Of a stretch of 64,000 nt of DNA, positions 9,773-21,160 are shown piece after piece. Numbering within the stretch: position 1 is the stretch's first letter; each line of letters begins with the position of its first letter. Origin of the DNA: an uncultured Candidatus Marinamargulisbacteria bacterium. Its GTDB lineage: Bacteria; Margulisbacteria; Marinamargulisbacteria; CAZFTP01. The DNA lies in assembly GCA_964521915.1 (NCBI GenBank), contig CAZFTP010000004.1, positions 67,363 through 131,362 on the forward strand, read 5' to 3'. Under the pieces are notes generated by a model, which searched no databases, was not told the DNA's origin, and saw only the letters and a list, made by a program, of their open reading frames with translations. A program made the translations under genes and the position numbers.

Positions 9773-10882
9773 ATGACTAAAAAATTATATAAAATTAAAG
9801 ATTTAGTAAATTTGTTAGGAATTACCCCCAGAACAATTAGATATTATGACCAATTTGGTTTATTGGTTCATGTAAAAAGAACCGCCGGCGGTATGCGTCT
9901 ATTTGATGATGAAGATATTGAAATAATAAAAAAAATCCGCAGGATGCAAAAAGAAGATTCATTACCTTTAGATATTATTAAAGAAAAATTATTTGGTAAA
10001 AAAAAGTTACAAAATGAAAAAAACATTATTGTTGTTTCAGATAGTACAGCGGCTATTTCGGAAAACGATCAAAAAGACCTAAATATTAAAATCATTCCAC
10101 TACATATTCAATTAAACGAAGAAAAAATTCCCGAAACAGCCATAACAGCTCAAGAATTTTTTGAGAAAACCAATAATCTTGACCTCAAAGTTACTACTAT
10201 TCCGCCGACGGAAGAAGATTTCATTAAACAATATTTAGCTTTATATGAAAAAGGTTATAAAGAAATCTATTCAATTCATATTACCTCAAGTGTATCAAAT
10301 ACTTATAATAATGCTCTGCAAGCGGCTTATAAAGTTGCGGATAGAATCAATGTTTATGTTATCGACAGTAAAAATATTGGTCCTGGTCATAGAGCATTAG
10401 TTATAGAAATTGCTGAAGCCATAAAAAATAATCAATCAAAAGAAGAAATAGAAGTACTAATTCAAAAAACTGTTCCTTTAATTACAGTTTTAGCTATGTC
10501 AAATACGGTAAAACATTTATTTAATAAACTTAACGTTAATTATTTTCCGCAAACCGTAAAAAATTTGATTGTAAAATTATTTGCCTTCAAACCAGTACTA
10601 GAAATGAAAAACGCCAGTGGCGAATTTGTAATAAATTCATGGTGCAAAGATAAAAATGAAGCTATTAAAATTATTTTAGATTCCTTAGAAAAAGAAGTAG
10701 AAAAAAGAGGCGGATACACTCAAAAAATTTTTATTGACTACAACTATTTATATGGTGAAGCTATTGATACTATTAATCAAATAAAAACCATGTTTCCTCA
10801 TGTGAAAATTCAGATGCAAGAAGGTAGCGCGGTTTTATCAAGTTATCTTGGTCCGGAAACTTTAGGGATTGCAATTATCTAA
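9773..10882 (+). CDS. MerR-family HTH domain fused to DegV (fatty-acid-binding EDD) domain
   Basis: Residues 1-75 read LLGITPRTIRYYDQFGLL...GGMRLFDDEDIE, a MerR HTH. The remainder reads VVSDSTAAISENDQKDLNIKIIPLHI..., the DegV family. Confidence 0.6.
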   Translation: MTKKLYKIKDLVNLLGITPRTIRYYDQFGLLVHVKRTAGGMRLFDDEDIEIIKKIRRMQKEDSLPLDIIKEKLFGKKKLQNEKNIIVVSDSTAAISENDQKDLNIKIIPLHIQLNEEKIPETAITAQEFFEKTNNLDLKVTTIPPTEEDFIKQYLALYEKGYKEIYSIHITSSVSNTYNNALQAAYKVADRINVYVIDSKNIGPGHRALVIEIAEAIKNNQSKEEIEVLIQKTVPLITVLAMSNTVKHLFNKLNVNYFPQTVKNLIVKLFAFKPVLEMKNASGEFVINSWCKDKNEAIKIILDSLEKEVEKRGGYTQKIFIDYNYLYGEAIDTINQIKTMFPHVKIQMQEGSAVLSSYLGPETLGIAII

Positions 10883-10886
10883 TTTC

Positions 10887-10957
10887 GGCCCTATCGTCTA
10901 ACGGTTAGGACAGAAGATTCTCATTCTTCAAATCGGGGTTCGATTCCCCGTAGGGCT
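10887..10957 (+). tRNA. tRNA-Glu (anticodon CTC)
   Basis: Cloverleaf folded by hand: acceptor GGCCCTA/TAGGGCT (G1-U72), D arm GTCT/GGAC, anticodon stem GAAGA/TCTTC with loop TTCTCAT, T arm CGGGG-TTCGATT-CCCCG. No encoded CCA. Confidence 0.7.
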
Positions 10958-11065
10958 ATTTTTCAAGGGGCAAGCCCCTTGGTCCGAATAAATAATAAGT
11001 TTTCTAAGGGACTCCGTCCCTTAAACCCTGGTGGGGCTGACGCCCCAGACTCTGGGGAAAAATGG
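10958..11065. repeat. Two GC hairpin modules (AAGGGGCAAGCCCCTT and TAAGGGACTCCGTCCCTTAAACCCTGG) plus a GGGGCTGACGCCCC hairpin downstream of tRNA-Glu
   Basis: Same two-module architecture and 25-nt identity with the segment inside metH (53693-53770). Confidence 0.65.
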
Positions 11066-11210
11066 TTTTTCAAGATTTTGGCAAAGTTTTAGATATTTTT
11101 TGAAGTTTGGCTTTAAATTTAAGCCAAAATCCAATTAGAGATACACAAAATGTAATTAAAGAGTTAGTTAATATAACGCCTTTTTTAGCTTTAAATCGTC
11201 CTACACAAAC

Positions 11211-11540
11211 CTAGTAAGATTTTAATTTGAATTTTCTTAAATTTAGTTTTGTCTTTAACGCTTCTTTTTTAAAAATTTCAGAAGCCCTGTTTAAATCAAC
11301 AACATCAGCCTGAAAAAGAGTTGGTAATTCAGAAATTTCACTTTTAATTTCTAATAAAGTATTTAATGGTATATCTTTTTTTGAAACTATCGCAAAATCA
11401 AAATCAGAACGAGAGTTTAATAAATTATTAACACGAGAACCAAAAAGAAAAAATTCAGCTTCCGGTAAATATTTTTTTAAAATAAAATTAATTTTCTCAA
11501 TATACTTTTGAGGGGAAGTAATTGTATCAAATTTTATCAT
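11211..11540 (-). CDS. minimal nucleotidyltransferase (MNT, HI0073-like) of a two-gene NTase/substrate-binding module
   Basis: 109 aa. Motif LFGSRVNN...SDFDFAIV (GS...D.D polymerase-beta-type NTase). Overlaps its partner by 14 nt. Confidence 0.65.
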   Translation of the reverse strand: MIKFDTITSPQKYIEKINFILKKYLPEAEFFLFGSRVNNLLNSRSDFDFAIVSKKDIPLNTLLEIKSEISELPTLFQADVVDLNRASEIFKKEALKTKLNLRKFKLKSY

Positions 11541-11970
11541 TTAAAAATTCTCTTTTTAATTCATACAAAACTTTTGTGAAAATTTTAGCATATTGTGGCA
11601 ATAATGCATAAACCTCATTAGCTAAAATTTGATCATATGTATGCGTTGTTAAATTTCTTACTTCAATAAGATTAATCCACAAATCAATATTTTCAATATA
11701 TTTATATTGATATGCTTTGCGTAATACATCTTTAGGTGAATTCGTTTCAATACTATTTAATTGCAAAGCTAATTTAAGTGTTTTCCAAATTAATTCGTAA
11801 CAAAATTCAAAACGCTGAATTGATGCATCAATAATATAATCCTTATCAGAATTAATATTAAGAATTTCGTTGAATTTTTCTAGTGCTTTTTCAAGTTGGC
11901 TAATCTTTAATATTATTTTTTGTTCATCTTTCATATTAATAAGTTTAATATTAATTTGCGCTTTTCTCAA
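11527..11970 (-). CDS. nucleotidyltransferase substrate-binding protein, HI0074 family (HEPN-like)
   Basis: 147 aa. Segment QRFEFCYELIWKTLKLAL is typical of the HI0074/NTase_sub_bind family. Sits upstream of and overlapping the MNT gene. Confidence 0.6.
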   Translation of the reverse strand: MRKAQINIKLINMKDEQKIILKISQLEKALEKFNEILNINSDKDYIIDASIQRFEFCYELIWKTLKLALQLNSIETNSPKDVLRKAYQYKYIENIDLWINLIEVRNLTTHTYDQILANEVYALLPQYAKIFTKVLYELKREFLNDKI

Positions 11971-12027
11971 TATTTATCTATTTATCTATCTTTACTCAAA
12001 AACATTATTTAATTACTATATAAAATT

Positions 12028-12846
12028 ATGAATTCAAATTTACATTTCTGGCAAGCAAATTTTAGCCAGATTGAAAAATATTTAGATCAAACACTTTTAT
12101 TAACCAGCTTAAAAATTCGTAAACACCAATTGCAAGGTAGAAAATATCGCGAATTTTACCAAGAATTAAATACCTTCAAAGCCAGAATTATCAAAGAAAA
12201 TTTGTTGCAATTTAAGGGGATTTATCAATTCTTTGAGGCACAAAGAACTCAAGGCACTAGGGAGGCTCAAGGACTCGAGGTACAAAGTTTGGCTCAGGAA
12301 AAAATAGCCCTTGGGGTTTTTAAGGGGCGAAGCCCCTTAAAAAACAATACCCCTTTCCACGGATTGTTAAGGCTCTGCCTTAACGCCCCGCCGGCGGGCG
12401 AGAACGGGGTTAAAGGGGACTTCGTCCCCTTTATCTTCCCTCGCGTTAACAACATCTGCATCACCGATTCAATCAACGAAAACGAACCGGATTCTATTGC
12501 TTTTTTCGTGGTAACAGCTGGGCAAGAAACCATGGCAAATATTGACAAATTTAACCAAAATTTTGAACTGGTAAATAGTTACTATTTAACTGCTTTTGCT
12601 ATTGCCGGGGTAGAAGCCGCCGCAGAAGCCATTCACGCAGAAATTCGCAAAATTTGGGGTATTTTACCTAAAAAGGGTGAACGCTTTTCCTTTGGATACC
12701 CGCTTTGTCCGGATCTCAGTTACCAAGCAAAACTCTGGCAATTACTTGATGTTGAAAAAAATCTAAATGTAAAACTTTCTGAAAATTTTATGATGCAACC
12801 AGAAATTTCCATTTCTGCTTTAGTTTTACCAAGATTCAAAAAATGA
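12028..12846 (+). CDS. stand-alone methionine synthase reactivation (AdoMet-binding) domain protein, carrying an in-frame hairpin-repeat insertion
   Basis: C-terminal RFSFGYPLCPDLSYQAKLWQLLDVEKNLNVKLSENFMMQPEISISALV matches the MetH activation-domain signature GYPACPD...E..WELL. About 30 extra residues at aa 75-140 are encoded by the GC hairpin modules. Confidence 0.7.
   Translation: MNSNLHFWQANFSQIEKYLDQTLLLTSLKIRKHQLQGRKYREFYQELNTFKARIIKENLLQFKGIYQFFEAQRTQGTREAQGLEVQSLAQEKIALGVFKGRSPLKNNTPFHGLLRLCLNAPPAGENGVKGDFVPFIFPRVNNICITDSINENEPDSIAFFVVTAGQETMANIDKFNQNFELVNSYYLTAFAIAGVEAAAEAIHAEIRKIWGILPKKGERFSFGYPLCPDLSYQAKLWQLLDVEKNLNVKLSENFMMQPEISISALVLPRFKK
12250..12450. repeat. Cluster of GC hairpin repeat modules lying in-frame inside the MetH activation-domain gene
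   Basis: AAGGGGCGAAGCCCCTT, GTTAAGGCTCTGCCTTAAC and AAAGGGGACTTCGTCCCCTTT. A 45-nt stretch is homologous to 21095-21140. GGATTGTTAAGG is shared with 30241-30252. Confidence 0.7.
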
Positions 12847-13778
12847 AAAATTTCTGGCAAAATCTACCTAAACCCATTATTAGCCTAGCGCCAATGGATG
12901 GCTATACAGATAGCTCTTTTAGGCAAATCTGTAAATTAATTAATCCTAAAATAATTCTTTTCACAGAATTTATTGCTAGTGACGGTATTGTTTTTAATAA
13001 AAACCGACTTAACACAAAATATGCCTTTACCCCATCAGAATTACCTTTAATAGTCCAAATTTTTGGTAAAAAAATAGATAGTTTTGTTACTGCTACCAAA
13101 TTTTTCACTGATCGTGGCTTTAGTGGTATAGATTTAAACATGGGATGTCCGGCAAAAAAAGTAGTTAAATCTGAACATGGAATAGCCTTAAGAAAAAAAC
13201 CGGATCTAGCTTATAAATTAATAGAAGCAGTTGCAAATAGCACTCATTTACCAATAAGCGTAAAAACCCGTTTAGGTTGGGAAAACGCTGATGATCTTAT
13301 AGAATTTGCTTTAGGTTGCCAAAATGCCGGCGCCAATTTAATTACCATTCATGGACGCACTTTTAAAGCCCCTTATAAAGTACCGGCTAATTTTGAACCG
13401 ATTTACGAACTTAAAAACCATTTAAAAATCCCGGTTTTAGGAAATGGAGGCATTATTAATTTAGAAGATGGTTTAGCTAAATTGAAAAACCTAGATGGTT
13501 TTATGATTGGTCAATCAGCAATTAAAAATCCTTGGGTTTTTGCAGAAAAAAATCAAAGACCTACTTCACTTCAAGAAAAAATTCCGCTTATAAAAAAACA
13601 CGCTGAATTTCTGCTTACCTTAAAAGGCGAAGAAAAAGGCGCTAGAGAAATGCGTAAGTTTCTACTAAATTATGTGCGAGATTTCCCTTTTGCAAAACAA
13701 ATGAGAAAACAAATTTGTGAGGTAAGTAATTTAGAGGAAATTTTTAAGGTATTAGATTTTACCAAAAACACACTTTAA
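12843..13778 (+). CDS. tRNA-dihydrouridine synthase
   Basis: 311 aa. N-terminal LAPMDGYTDSSFRQ and the TIM-barrel FMN motifs of the Dus family. Confidence 0.75.
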   Translation: MKNFWQNLPKPIISLAPMDGYTDSSFRQICKLINPKIILFTEFIASDGIVFNKNRLNTKYAFTPSELPLIVQIFGKKIDSFVTATKFFTDRGFSGIDLNMGCPAKKVVKSEHGIALRKKPDLAYKLIEAVANSTHLPISVKTRLGWENADDLIEFALGCQNAGANLITIHGRTFKAPYKVPANFEPIYELKNHLKIPVLGNGGIINLEDGLAKLKNLDGFMIGQSAIKNPWVFAEKNQRPTSLQEKIPLIKKHAEFLLTLKGEEKGAREMRKFLLNYVRDFPFAKQMRKQICEVSNLEEIFKVLDFTKNTL

Positions 13779-13808
13779 ACTTTTCTAGTTTTTATTTATA
13801 ATCAAAAA

Positions 13809-14663
13809 ATGCAAATAAATGATCTACAAAAATTAATTCTTCTAGCTTTAGAAGAAGATTGTCCTAAGGGCGATATTACTGTTGACCTTTTACAAGTAAA
13901 CAATTCACCAGCACAAGCAAGAATAATTGCTAAAGCCGAAGGTATTTTTTACGGAACAGAAATTATTAACACCTGCTTTGAATTATTAGATCCTTTTGCC
14001 AGAATTGTTATTTTTAAAAATAATGGATCGCATGTTCAGCCAAACGATATTATTTGCGAAATTCACAGTAATTCAGAAACTATTCTAAAAATTGAACGAA
14101 CGCTTTTAAATTTTCTGCAACGATTATCTGGCATAGCAACCATAACTAATACTTTTGTGAAAAAACTTGATGACCCAAATATTCAAATATTAGATACACG
14201 TAAAACAACTCCATTACTAAGGTTTTTAGAAAAAAGAGCAGTTGTTGGAGGAGGCGGTTTTAACCATAGACATAGCTTATCAGATATGGCTTTACTAAAA
14301 GAAAATCACTTAATTCAACTTAGAAATAATAATAAACTGACAAATTTTAAAGAGCTTTTAATTAATTTCAAAAAAAAATATCCTCAGGTTAAAATCGAAG
14401 TTGAAATTGAACATGTAAATGAATTAAAAGAAATTGATTTATCAGAAGTAGATATAATTATGTTTGATGAATTTCCATTTGCTGAAATTGAAAAAGGTTT
14501 ACAAATATGCCACGAAAAGAATTATTCCGCAGAAATTGAAATTTCGGGTAATATTAGTTTAGAAAACATTCATCTATACAAAAATTTACCAATACAAAGA
14601 ATTTCTATAGGAAGTTTAACACATTCTATCAAAGCATTAGATTTAAGCTTAATCTGTTTTTAA
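13809..14663 (+). CDS. nadC: nicotinate-nucleotide pyrophosphorylase (carboxylating), quinolinate phosphoribosyltransferase
   Basis: 284 aa. Motif TRKTTPLLRFLEKRAVVGGGGFNHRHSLSDMALLKENH is characteristic of QPRTase. Confidence 0.8.
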   Translation: MQINDLQKLILLALEEDCPKGDITVDLLQVNNSPAQARIIAKAEGIFYGTEIINTCFELLDPFARIVIFKNNGSHVQPNDIICEIHSNSETILKIERTLLNFLQRLSGIATITNTFVKKLDDPNIQILDTRKTTPLLRFLEKRAVVGGGGFNHRHSLSDMALLKENHLIQLRNNNKLTNFKELLINFKKKYPQVKIEVEIEHVNELKEIDLSEVDIIMFDEFPFAEIEKGLQICHEKNYSAEIEISGNISLENIHLYKNLPIQRISIGSLTHSIKALDLSLICF

Positions 14664-14697
14664 ACCCAAAAAGTAAATTTCTATTTAAGTCCTTAGC

Positions 14698-15027
14698 TTA
14701 AACCCCAATTGTTGATAATAAATTAATAGTAGATTCTATAGTATCTCTTAATAAAGGATGAGAAGTTTCAAAATCTCTAATTGACTTTTTTAAACCAAGA
14801 AAAGAAATATCCATTAATTCTGCATCTTTTTTACTTTTCAAAGATTCATCGGTAGCCAAATGCGCAAAATTAGCAATGCTTTTAGCTTTTTCTTTATGAT
14901 CTAATTTACTTAATTCCTGATTAAGAGCATCGAAATTTTTTAATAACTCATCTTTTTTTTCCTGAGAAATATTAGGGTTATCAAATAATAACTTTTCTAT
15001 TCTTTGAATAATTTCTTTATAAGCCAT
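14698..15027 (-). CDS. hypothetical protein
   Basis: 109 aa. Charged, helical. Abuts the ABC ATPase gene. Confidence 0.35.
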   Translation of the reverse strand: MAYKEIIQRIEKLLFDNPNISQEKKDELLKNFDALNQELSKLDHKEKAKSIANFAHLATDESLKSKKDAELMDISFLGLKKSIRDFETSHPLLRDTIESTINLLSTIGV

Positions 15028-15028
15028 T

Positions 15029-16135
15029 TTAGATTATTAATTCCTTTGTATCTTTATTAAACAAATGCATTCTTCTTAAGTCAAAAGCAACTTCCAAATT
15101 ATCATTAGGTAAAGGGTTAATATGAGAATCAACTTTAGCAATAAAAGATTGATTTCCCAATTTCATGTGTAAATAGTTTTCTGATCCAAGTACTTCGCTA
15201 AAATCTACTGTTGCTTTATGTAAATTAAAACTTTTACCTAATGATTCTGCTGTATGTTTATCTAAAACATCTTCTGGCCTAATACCTAAAATACATTCTG
15301 TTTCTTTCATTTTTTTAAACTCAGAATATAAATTATCAGGTAAGTATAATTCAAAACCATCGGCAAAGAAAGTATATTTTTTATCTTTAGTTTCTTTTAC
15401 TAAACCATGAAAAAAATTCATTTGCGGCGACCCAATAAAACCTGCAACAAACATATTTGCAGGGTTATCGTAAACCTCTATAGGTGAATTAACTTGCTGA
15501 ATATACCCTTGATGCATTACTACAACCCTGGACCCCAGAGTCATAGCTTCAACCTGATCATGTGTTACATAAACAACAGTGGTTTTTAAAGTATTATGTA
15601 ATTTTTTTAATTCCCCTCTCATTTGGACTCTTAATTTAGCATCTAAATTTGATAAAGGCTCATCCATTAAAAATACCGCTGGTTTACGAACAATAGCTCT
15701 GCCTAAAGCAACTCTTTGTCTTTGTCCACCAGAAAGCTGGCGCGGTTTTCTCTTTAAATAATCTTGAATATTAAGGATTTCACTTGCCCACTCTACTCTT
15801 TCTTTAATTTCATTTTTTGGTACTTTACGCAACTTTAAACCAAATGCCATATTATCAAATACATTTAAGTGCGGATACAAAGCATAACTTTGAAAAACCA
15901 TAGCAATATCTCTATCTTTAGGTAAAACATTAGTAACTTCTCTATCACCAATATAAACGTTACCGCCGGAAGCCTCTTCTAACCCGGCAACAATTCTAAG
16001 CGTAGTGGTTTTACCACAACCGGAAGGTCCAACTAAAACTAAGAATTCCTGATCTTTAATTTCCAGATTTATTTTTTTTAATACTTCGTTGTCTTGGAAT
16101 CTTTTAACAACGTCTTTTAATAAAACCTTAGCCAT
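15029..16135 (-). CDS. sugar ABC transporter ATP-binding protein (MalK/MsmX-like)
   Basis: 368 aa. Walker A GPSGCGKTT, LSGGQRQR signature, Walker B, and a C-terminal regulatory (TOBE-like) domain. No adjacent permeases. Confidence 0.8.
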   Translation of the reverse strand: MAKVLLKDVVKRFQDNEVLKKINLEIKDQEFLVLVGPSGCGKTTTLRIVAGLEEASGGNVYIGDREVTNVLPKDRDIAMVFQSYALYPHLNVFDNMAFGLKLRKVPKNEIKERVEWASEILNIQDYLKRKPRQLSGGQRQRVALGRAIVRKPAVFLMDEPLSNLDAKLRVQMRGELKKLHNTLKTTVVYVTHDQVEAMTLGSRVVVMHQGYIQQVNSPIEVYDNPANMFVAGFIGSPQMNFFHGLVKETKDKKYTFFADGFELYLPDNLYSEFKKMKETECILGIRPEDVLDKHTAESLGKSFNLHKATVDFSEVLGSENYLHMKLGNQSFIAKVDSHINPLPNDNLEVAFDLRRMHLFNKDTKELII

Positions 16136-16150
16136 GATTTAATCAACTCC

Positions 16151-18047
<1,897 letters not shown>

Positions 18048-18048
<1 letters not shown>

Positions 18049-18521
18049 TGATTGTTTTAGGGCTTGACCCTGGTTTAGCCAGATTAGGCTACGGTATAAT
18101 TAACAAAATCGGTAATAAATATGAACTTATTACTTATGGGGTTATTACTACAAACAGCAAAGACCCAATTGAACAACGTTTAATTGAAATTGAAACTAAA
18201 TTAACTGAATTAATTCAGGTTTATCAACCCCAAACCATTGGTATAGAAAAACTATTTTTTAATACTAATACCAAAACAGCTTTTATAGTAGCACAAGCAA
18301 AAGGAGTAATTTTAGCTACTATTGGCAAAAAAAAAATACCTTATCGTCTATATACTCCGCCAGAAGTAAAAACCGGAATTTGTGGTTGGGGAAAAGCTGG
18401 TAAAGAACAAGTTCAAACTATGGTAACAAAACTTTTGAATTTAACCGAAGTACCCAAACCAGATGATTCAGCAGACGCCCTTGCAATTGCTATTTGTCAC
18501 AGCACTGCTTATAAATTCTAA
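18048..18521 (+). CDS. ruvC: crossover junction endodeoxyribonuclease RuvC
   Basis: 157 aa. Starts MIVLGLDPGLARLGYG. RNase H-like fold motifs. Confidence 0.8.
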
Positions 18522-18627
18522 TTTTGGGTCCCTTCTCAAGACGCCTAGCCTGAAGGACTTTTGAGTCAGCCGCATAAAAAACCTTTTGGGGTTTTTCCCA
18601 CGCCTTCAATATGATATTATTTATAAC

Positions 18628-21051
18628 ATGCCTAAAAAAAATATCTGTATTCACGGTCATTTTTATCAACCACCTAGGGAAAACCCTTGGCTAGAATTTT
18701 TAGAAGTTCAAGATACTGCCTACCCCAGTCATGATTGGAATGAAAGAATATATAACGAATGTTATGCTCCAAATAGTACTGCACGGATTTTAGATGCTAA
18801 CGGTAATATTTTAAAACTGGTTAATAATTATGAATTTATGAGTTTTAATTTTGGTCCAACTTTATTAGATTGGATTCAAAAATTTCATACTTCAACTTAT
18901 GAAAAAATTCTTGAAGCAGATAATAAAAGTTTAAAAAGATTAGGTCATGGCAATGCTATTGCCCAAGTTTATAATCACATTATTATGCCTTTAGCTCCTG
19001 ATAGTTATAAAATTGACCAAATAATTTGGGGCATCAAAGATTTTGAACGTCATTTTAAAAGAAAACCAGAAGGCATGTGGTTAAGTGAAACAGCGGTTGA
19101 TCTTAAAACGCTTATGTTTTTAGAAGAATATGGCATTGAATTTACTATTCTATCCCCTTTTCAAGCTAGTTGTTATCGAGAAATTTCTAAAGATAACGAA
19201 AAAAATCCAACTAAATGGTGTGATGTTAATAATGGTTTAATTGACCCCAGAAAACCATATCAAATTACTCTTCCTAATGGTAAAATTTTTACCATCTTTT
19301 TCTATGACGGTCGTCTTTCTAAAGCTATTGCTTTTGAAGAAATTCTTTCTAGTGGTAATAATTTTATTAATGGTTTAAAATCCGGTTTTTCACATAATCA
19401 AGAACCTGAATTAGTAAATTTAGCCACAGACGGTGAATCGTACGGGCATCACCGTAAATTTGGTGATTTAACTCTAGCATTTGCGTTTGAAGAGATCATG
19501 AAAAAAAATGAATTTGAAATAACTAATTACGCTACTTATTTAGAAAAATACCCGCCAAAATATGAAGTCAAAATTATTGAAAATTCTTCATGGAGCTGTG
19601 CTCACGGAATTGAACGTTGGCGTTCAAATTGCGGTTGTTCTACAGGGGGAGGACCTGGTTGGAATCAAGAATGGCGTAAACCATTAAGGGATGCGCTTGA
19701 TTATTTAAGAGAAACCAGTGATAACTTATATTACGATCGTATGTCTGAATATACCCAGGAAAAAGATCAAATATTTCATCATTACTTTAATTTAATTCAC
19801 AACCAATACGATATTAAAGAACATTTTATCAAAGAATATTTAGATAATGAAACCAAACAACATCAAAATTTTTTCAAACTTTTAGAAATTAGACGTAACT
19901 GTAATTTAATGTATACTTCTTGCGGCTGGTTTTTCAACGAAATATCCGGAATTGAAACTATCCAAATATTAAATTATGCAGAAAGAGTTATTCAGCTTTT
20001 ACTTGATTTTGATATTGACATTAAAGAAAGATTTCTTGATATTCTTGAAAAAGCCAAAAGTAATATCCCAGAATATAAAAATGGCAGAGAAATTTATCGT
20101 TTATTTGTAGCTAAAAATCGGGTAACTTTAAAAAGAGTTGGCATAGATTTTGCTATTACTTCTTTATTTAATGACTATCCTGATGAAAAAACTATTTATA
20201 CCTATAAAGTTGAATGTTCAGATGTAATTAAAGAAATAAAAGGGAATACTACTTTAGCTTTTGGTCATATTAAAGTTAATTCACAACGTACTGATGAAAG
20301 CCAAAGTTTTCAGTTTGTTGTATTGCATTTTGGAGAAATAGATTTACATGCATCCATAGAAAATTATGGTAGTAAAGAAGATTATCAAACAAAAAAAGAA
20401 AAAATTTTAAATACTTTTAGAAATGAACACCTAACTGAAATAATACAAATGCTAACTTCAGAATTTGGAAAAGACTATTACAGTTTAAAAGATATTTTTA
20501 ACGAAGAAAAAAGAGCTATTTTAGACTATATTACCAAAGCAGAAATTGAAAGATTAAACCAATTAATTTTTTATATTTCGCAAAAAAATAAAAATATTTT
20601 AGACTATTGCTTTAAAGAACACATTCCGGTACCAAAACCTATTATGATTTTAAATGAATATACTTATTTAAAAATTATTGAACATCTTTTTTCCGGTAAT
20701 GTGGCAGAAAAAGATATCTATAATCAAGTTAAACAGGTTTTACTGCTTTCAAAAGCCTTAGGGTTTAAACTTGATCTAACTAACGAAATGAACCAGATTA
20801 CTGATTTTCTTAAAAAATGTTCGGAACGCTATCTTAATAGCCCTAGTTCAATTAATTACTTAACAGACTTTATCCTGGTTTTAAAATCTGCCTTTTTATT
20901 GCCACTTAATCTTAATATTTGGTCAATACAAAATAAATGGGCAAATTTTTTTACATCTCAAGAAAAAAAACTAATTAAAGAATTAAAAGATACAAAAATT
21001 CCGGAATTATTATCAGAAGTAAAGGATTTATTAAAAATTAAAATTTCTTAG
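18628..21051 (+). CDS. glycoside hydrolase family 57 protein (alpha-glucan branching/amylase type)
   Basis: The HGHFYQPPRENPW motif at the N-terminus is the GH57 signature. About 800 aa. Start set at ATG 18628. Confidence 0.7.
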   Translation: MPKKNICIHGHFYQPPRENPWLEFLEVQDTAYPSHDWNERIYNECYAPNSTARILDANGNILKLVNNYEFMSFNFGPTLLDWIQKFHTSTYEKILEADNKSLKRLGHGNAIAQVYNHIIMPLAPDSYKIDQIIWGIKDFERHFKRKPEGMWLSETAVDLKTLMFLEEYGIEFTILSPFQASCYREISKDNEKNPTKWCDVNNGLIDPRKPYQITLPNGKIFTIFFYDGRLSKAIAFEEILSSGNNFINGLKSGFSHNQEPELVNLATDGESYGHHRKFGDLTLAFAFEEIMKKNEFEITNYATYLEKYPPKYEVKIIENSSWSCAHGIERWRSNCGCSTGGGPGWNQEWRKPLRDALDYLRETSDNLYYDRMSEYTQEKDQIFHHYFNLIHNQYDIKEHFIKEYLDNETKQHQNFFKLLEIRRNCNLMYTSCGWFFNEISGIETIQILNYAERVIQLLLDFDIDIKERFLDILEKAKSNIPEYKNGREIYRLFVAKNRVTLKRVGIDFAITSLFNDYPDEKTIYTYKVECSDVIKEIKGNTTLAFGHIKVNSQRTDESQSFQFVVLHFGEIDLHASIENYGSKEDYQTKKEKILNTFRNEHLTEIIQMLTSEFGKDYYSLKDIFNEEKRAILDYITKAEIERLNQLIFYISQKNKNILDYCFKEHIPVPKPIMILNEYTYLKIIEHLFSGNVAEKDIYNQVKQVLLLSKALGFKLDLTNEMNQITDFLKKCSERYLNSPSSINYLTDFILVLKSAFLLPLNLNIWSIQNKWANFFTSQEKKLIKELKDTKIPELLSEVKDLLKIKIS

Positions 21052-21141
21052 AAGGGGAACAGGCAGAAGGCACTAGGCACTAGTGGGGCTCAGGGGAAAA
21101 AGAACCCCTGGGGGTTTTTAAGAGGCTTGCCCCTTAGAAAA
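21052..21141. repeat. GC hairpin repeat modules between the GH57 and sppA genes
   Basis: CACTAGTGGGGCTCAG is shared with 29148-29163. AAAAAGAACCCCTGGGGGTTTTTAAGAGGCTTGCCCCTTAGAAAA is homologous to 12297-12346. Confidence 0.65.
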
Positions 21142-21160
21142 TAGGTAAAAAAAATCAATA

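Noticed and set aside
12294-12548. 84-aa antisense ORF
   Set aside because: Encoded by the opposite strand of the GC hairpin repeat cluster inside the MetH activation-domain gene. GC-rich repeats create spurious open frames.
18522-18600. Possible further copy of the GC hairpin repeat family after ruvC
   Set aside because: Only weak AAAACC-TTTTGG-GGTTTT stem with T-run. More likely the ruvC terminator. No shared core with the family.
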